From contig JBOEGF010000011.1 in NCBI GenBank assembly GCA_050633305.1, forward strand, positions 95,312 to 159,311: a DNA stretch of 64,000 bases, in the 5' to 3' direction. The DNA is from Nannocystales bacterium (GTDB taxonomy: Bacteria > Myxococcota_A > Polyangia > Nannocystales > Nannocystaceae). This document shows positions 59,809-64,000 of the stretch, piece after piece. The first letter of the stretch is position 1, and every line of letters begins with the position of its first letter. The position numbers were made by a program, and so were the translations under genes. Under the pieces are notes generated by a model. It had not been told where the DNA came from, searched no databases, and saw nothing but the letters and a program-made list of their open reading frames with translations.

Positions 59809-61521
59809 ATGCGCTTGAACCGTCCGGCGCGGCGCGCCGATGCCGGGACCTTGCCCTCGAAGTGGATCTCGCGGCGCGCCTTCATTGCCCTTCTGAGTGT
59901 GCCGGGAGTGATGGCCTGCAGTGTGGACCCCTCGGCGACGAGTCCGCTCTCCTTCACGGCTCACTGCGGCGACGAGCAGGGCGATCAGACCTGCGCCGCG
60001 TTGGGCGTCGGCAAACCGTTCTGCGACTTGTGTCGCCCTGCATCGGCGGATCAAGGCTGTGCTGTGGCGCCCCCCACGGTGCCGGCGTGCAGCGTCGGTG
60101 GCGGGCTCGCGACGACCACGTTCACGACGGACGGCAGCGGGTCAACCGGGGAGGGCTCAACCACGCTGGACACGCTCGAGACCCTCGGGACCTCGGAAAG
60201 CACCGACGCGGTCGACGACAGCGGCACGACAGCGGCCACCACGGGCGGTCCCATGTTGCCGTGCGACACGCCCGACGGCACGTTCGACACCGACTGCTCC
60301 CGTGCCGACAGCACGCGGCCGTACTGTTCCGCGCAGACCTGCGTGTCGTGCGTCACCGCGGGCGGGGCCGACTTTTGTGGCGGCGGCGATCCGCTAGCCC
60401 CGGCGTGCAACGAGGCCACGGGCCAGTGTGGCGCGTGTGGAGATGTCGAGACGTTCGTGTGCGGTCAGGAACTCCCGATCTGCAACCCCACGGGAGCTTG
60501 TGTGCCCTGCGTGGCCCACGACGAGTGCACCACTGGCGCCTGCCACCTCGACCCGGCCGACGCGTTGGCGGGAGAGTGTTTCCTCGAGGACGAGCTCATC
60601 CACGTGGATGCCAACGCGGTCTGCCCTGGAGATGGATCCGAAGCGACGCCCAACTGTTCGCTCGCGGACGCACTCGCCTCTTTGGTCGAGGATGACACCC
60701 GGGTCCTGCGGGTTGCGCCGGGTGTGTACGACGAGGGGGCGAGCTTGCTGGTGGATGCCACGATCGCGATCGTGGGCGACGGCGGGGTTCCGTCGCTCGA
60801 AGGCGATGGAGCCGGGGCTGCAGGGTTCACCGTGATGGACGGGCGTGTCTACACGGTGGGTATTCGGGTCTCCAACAACGTCGCCGGCGAGGGGATCCTC
60901 TGCAGTGATGCCGCCTTGTGGATGCAGGGGTCCGAGGTCGGCGACAACGCAGACTACGGAATCTTCACCACCGGTCCGTGCGAGATGCGGCTGGACGGGT
61001 CCTCGGTCTTCAACAATGTTGGCGGTGGTGTCCGGGTACTGGGCGGGACGCTCACACTCGACAACGCCGCGATCGGAAGCAACGGCGATGGGACCCGCGG
61101 CCCAGGGGTCAACGCGCAGTTCGCCACGGTCGACATCCTGTACTCGACGCTGGCCGGGAACGATGGCTCGGGGCCGGACAGCCTGCAGTGCTTCGAGACC
61201 GAAGGGGTGGTCCGCAACTCGATCCTGGTGGGGGCTTCGGGATCCTCGGCGGCGCTGGACTGTTTCCCGCTTCAGTTTACGACCAACGCAATCGACACGG
61301 CAGGATTCGCTGGCGACGGTGGTGTGCATGTCGACGAGTCGTACAACCCGTTGTGGTTCAACGACGCGGACGACGGCGACTTTCGTCTGGGCGCGCCTCC
61401 GTTGACCCCGTTCGGCGGCATCGCGTTGTGGCTCGAAGGCGACCCACCCCTGGATGCTGACGGAACGGAGCGTCCGCTGGATGGAGCGTTCGGATACGCG
61501 GGCGCCGACGAGCCGGACTGA
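59809..61521 (+). CDS. Cys-rich lipoprotein with right-handed beta-helix region
   Basis: VMAC lipobox, repeated P.C...G.C..C modules, then (S/D/N)N..G.G(I/V) beta-helix repeats and GDFRL. Confidence 0.75.
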   Translation: MRLNRPARRADAGTLPSKWISRRAFIALLSVPGVMACSVDPSATSPLSFTAHCGDEQGDQTCAALGVGKPFCDLCRPASADQGCAVAPPTVPACSVGGGLATTTFTTDGSGSTGEGSTTLDTLETLGTSESTDAVDDSGTTAATTGGPMLPCDTPDGTFDTDCSRADSTRPYCSAQTCVSCVTAGGADFCGGGDPLAPACNEATGQCGACGDVETFVCGQELPICNPTGACVPCVAHDECTTGACHLDPADALAGECFLEDELIHVDANAVCPGDGSEATPNCSLADALASLVEDDTRVLRVAPGVYDEGASLLVDATIAIVGDGGVPSLEGDGAGAAGFTVMDGRVYTVGIRVSNNVAGEGILCSDAALWMQGSEVGDNADYGIFTTGPCEMRLDGSSVFNNVGGGVRVLGGTLTLDNAAIGSNGDGTRGPGVNAQFATVDILYSTLAGNDGSGPDSLQCFETEGVVRNSILVGASGSSAALDCFPLQFTTNAIDTAGFAGDGGVHVDESYNPLWFNDADDGDFRLGAPPLTPFGGIALWLEGDPPLDADGTERPLDGAFGYAGADEPD

Positions 61522-61525
61522 GCTG

Positions 61526-62758
61526 ATGACGGTGCGGTTCGTCTACGACGTCGTCTGCCCGTTCGCCTACTTGGCGTTCCGCCAGCTGGACCGGGTTCGG
61601 GCGCACACCGAGCTCAAGCTGCAGCCTATCCTGCTCGGAGGGTTGCTTCGCCACGTGGGGGCTCCCGCGGACCCCAACACGGCCATGGCTCCCGCACGTG
61701 CGGCAGCGAACGCGCGCGACATCGCGTTGTGGGCAGACTTCGGGGACGTCTCGCTGAATCCTCCGTGCAGCCACCCCCGCCGCACGCTCGACGCGATGCG
61801 GTTGCTCTGCGCGGCGCCTGCCGAGGAACGGGAGGCATGGACGGGCACGCTCTTCGAAGCCTACTGGGAGCAGGGCGAGGACCTCGCGGACCGCGAGGTC
61901 CTCAGGCGCGTGATGGCGCCCCACGAACTCGACATCGACGCCGTCATCGAGGCGGGCCGTGACCCCCTGCGGGCTTCGACCCAGGCTGCATTTGAGGCCG
62001 GTGCGTTCGGGGTCCCGACGTTCTTGGGAGGGCCGCGTGTGTTGTGGGGACAGGACCGGATCGGTCTGTTGCTACGGGACCTCGGAGACAACGTGGCGCC
62101 GGATGCTTGGTCGTCTCCGCCGTCCCGAGCGCCACGCAGGGTGATCGGGCTTCGCTTCATCCACGACGTTGCAAGCCCGTTCAGCTACCTCGCGTCCACC
62201 CAGATCGAGCGCGTCGCGGCGGAGGCCGGACTCGAGGTCGAGTGGTCTCCGATTCTTCTCGGCGCGCTGTTTCGGACGATCGGCACGCCCGAGGTGCCGC
62301 TGCACGCCATGAACGAGACCCGGCAGGCGTACGCGACTCGAGACATGCACGACTGGGCGGACGCCTGGGGCGTGCCGCTGCGCTTCCCCACGCATTTCCC
62401 GCTTCGATCGGTTCTTCCGCTGCGTGCGAGCTTGGTCGAGCCGCGCTGTGTGCACGCGCTGTATCGGGCGGCCTGGGCCGAAGACCGACGCATCGACACG
62501 CCCGAAGCGTTGGCTCCGGTGCTCTGCGATGCAGGCTTCGATGCCGAGGCGATCCTGACCCGCAGCGGGACCCAGGAGACCAAGGCGGCGCTGCGCGAGC
62601 ACACCGACCGCGCGCTCAGCGAGGGGATCTGCGGCGTACCCAGCTTCGTGCTGACCTACGACGATGGCACCACCCTTCGGCTGTGGGGCCAAGATCGGCT
62701 CGTGATGGTCCGTGCGGCCCTGGAGGGCTGGATGCCCGATCGCGCCGCTGCACTTTGA
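61526..62758 (+). CDS. Tandem two-domain DsbA-like / 2-hydroxychromene-2-carboxylate isomerase (kappa-GST) protein
   Basis: YDVVCPFAYL...PILLG...GAFGVPTF...WGQDR, and HDVASPFSYL...PILLG...GICGVPSF...WGQDR. Confidence 0.88.
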   Translation: MTVRFVYDVVCPFAYLAFRQLDRVRAHTELKLQPILLGGLLRHVGAPADPNTAMAPARAAANARDIALWADFGDVSLNPPCSHPRRTLDAMRLLCAAPAEEREAWTGTLFEAYWEQGEDLADREVLRRVMAPHELDIDAVIEAGRDPLRASTQAAFEAGAFGVPTFLGGPRVLWGQDRIGLLLRDLGDNVAPDAWSSPPSRAPRRVIGLRFIHDVASPFSYLASTQIERVAAEAGLEVEWSPILLGALFRTIGTPEVPLHAMNETRQAYATRDMHDWADAWGVPLRFPTHFPLRSVLPLRASLVEPRCVHALYRAAWAEDRRIDTPEALAPVLCDAGFDAEAILTRSGTQETKAALREHTDRALSEGICGVPSFVLTYDDGTTLRLWGQDRLVMVRAALEGWMPDRAAAL

Positions 62759-62788
62759 CGCCGGCCTCAGTTTTGGCGAGGGTTGCCC

Positions 62789-64000
62789 GTGGCCGACGAG
62801 GTTGAGCTGGCTGGCACCGTCGAGCGCGTCGTCTACCACGACCCCCGCTCGCGCTACACAGTGCTGCGTCTACTCGCGCCGGGCCACGAAACGCTGGTGA
62901 CCGCGGTTGGGAAGATGGTCAGCGTCGAGACCGGTGCCGAGCTGACGCTTCGCGGTCGGTGGGACTCCCATCCTCAGCATGGCCGACAGTTCGCGATCGT
63001 CGGCATGAAGGTCGCCGTTCCCACGACCAAGCTCGGCATCGAACGCCGGTTGATGCGCTACCCAGGGGTCAAGGCGGTCATGGCTTCGCGCATCGTCGCG
63101 AAGTTTGGCCTCGATACGCTCACCATCCTCGAGCAACAGCCACGGCGCCTCATGGAGGTCGAGGGCATCGGCCAACGGACGGTGGAGAAGATCGCTCAGC
63201 ATCACGCGACGCACAGCGGTCCGATGGCGCAACTCGAGGCGCAACTGCTCGAACTCGATCTCCCGGTTCATCTCGCAAACTCGATCTTCGAACGCTACGG
63301 GGACGACGGGGTCAACGTGCTCCGCAAGCATCCGTATCGCTTGGCGCGAGAGGTCCGTGGCATCGGCTTCTCCACCGCAGACCGGGTTGCGCGGGCACTG
63401 GGCATCGAGCCCGACAGTGCCGAACGCCTCGACGCAGGCATTGTGCATGTCCTCGAACAGGCCGAGATGGACGGGCATTGCGCGTTGCCGATCGAGTCGT
63501 TGGTCGAGCAGGCGACACGCAACCTTGGCGCGCCGGAGGCTGCGGTGCGCGACGCCGGCGAGCGCTTGGTGGTCAGCGGGGACGTGGTGCTCGAGCATGG
63601 CAACGACAATGCGCCGTTGGCATTTCCGGTGCGCATGCTCGAAGCCGAGAACGATGTCGCCGCGGGCCTTGCGACGCTGGCGCGAGGAAAGGCCGAGCCG
63701 TGGAGTGTTCCCGAGTTGCCCGGGCATCTCAGCGCGGGGCAACGCGCAGCCGTCGAAGCGCTGGCCGAGCATGGTGTGATGGTGCTGACCGGGGGGCCGG
63801 GCACCGGAAAGAGCACGGTCGTGGCGCAGATCCTCGAGCTGGCCGACCACAATGGTGTGGCCGTGTTGCTCGCGGCTCCGACCGGGCGGGCGGCCAAGCG
63901 CCTCGAGCAAACCACGGGTCACTCCGCAAGCACGCTGCATCGCCTACTCGAGTTTCAACCGGAGACCGGAGCGTTTGCCCATGGCCCCGCCGATCCGCTG
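62789..64000 (+). CDS. recD2: RecD2-like ATP-dependent helicase (runs off the window end)
   Basis: Manual translation gives MADEVELAGTVERVVY...GRWDSHPQHGRQF, HPYRLA.EV.GIGF..AD, LTGGPGTGKST, AAPTGRAAKRL, TLHRLL. It is missing from the ORF track because there is no stop in the window. Confidence 0.93.
   Translation, partial: MADEVELAGTVERVVYHDPRSRYTVLRLLAPGHETLVTAVGKMVSVETGAELTLRGRWDSHPQHGRQFAIVGMKVAVPTTKLGIERRLMRYPGVKAVMASRIVAKFGLDTLTILEQQPRRLMEVEGIGQRTVEKIAQHHATHSGPMAQLEAQLLELDLPVHLANSIFERYGDDGVNVLRKHPYRLAREVRGIGFSTADRVARALGIEPDSAERLDAGIVHVLEQAEMDGHCALPIESLVEQATRNLGAPEAAVRDAGERLVVSGDVVLEHGNDNAPLAFPVRMLEAENDVAAGLATLARGKAEPWSVPELPGHLSAGQRAAVEALAEHGVMVLTGGPGTGKSTVVAQILELADHNGVAVLLAAPTGRAAKRLEQTTGHSASTLHRLLEFQPETGAFAHGPADPL

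Noticed and set aside
62756..62770. SOS box upstream of recD2
   Set aside because: The best match, TTGACGCCGGCCTCAG, lacks the CTG start and the GTTCAG-like half-site.

Overview
A GC-rich bacterial chromosomal segment, probably from a myxobacterium of the Nannocystaceae type. This is inferred from MYXO-CTERM-like tails, many Cys-rich or Thr/Ser/Gly-linker lipoproteins and a kinase-TPR protein. I see about 55 CDSs and no rRNA, tRNA, CRISPR array, integrase or transposase. Recognisable genes are dnaE2, imuB, imuA, an RND pair, rlmE, rplC, tatD, holB, pspA, thrC, ppa, gltA, yggS, maf and a recD2 cut off by the window end. The main observations are five. (1) The imuA-imuB-dnaE2 mutasome is spread over 12 kb, each gene has its own CTG-N10-CAG SOS-like box, and two of the boxes exactly fill a sigma70-like -35/-10 spacer. 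(2) A PilZ / FliA-type sigma / truncated SctJ-like module sits behind two perfect palindromes, with no other T3SS or flagellar genes in the window. (3) rplC stands outside the S10 operon with its own promoter, leader and terminator-like hairpin. (4) pspA, a GT-C-like membrane protein and a Lys-rich papain-TPR protease form a cluster. (5) Several enzymes have internally duplicated domains and several genes are decaying. All calls come from reading motifs by eye; no database searches were run.
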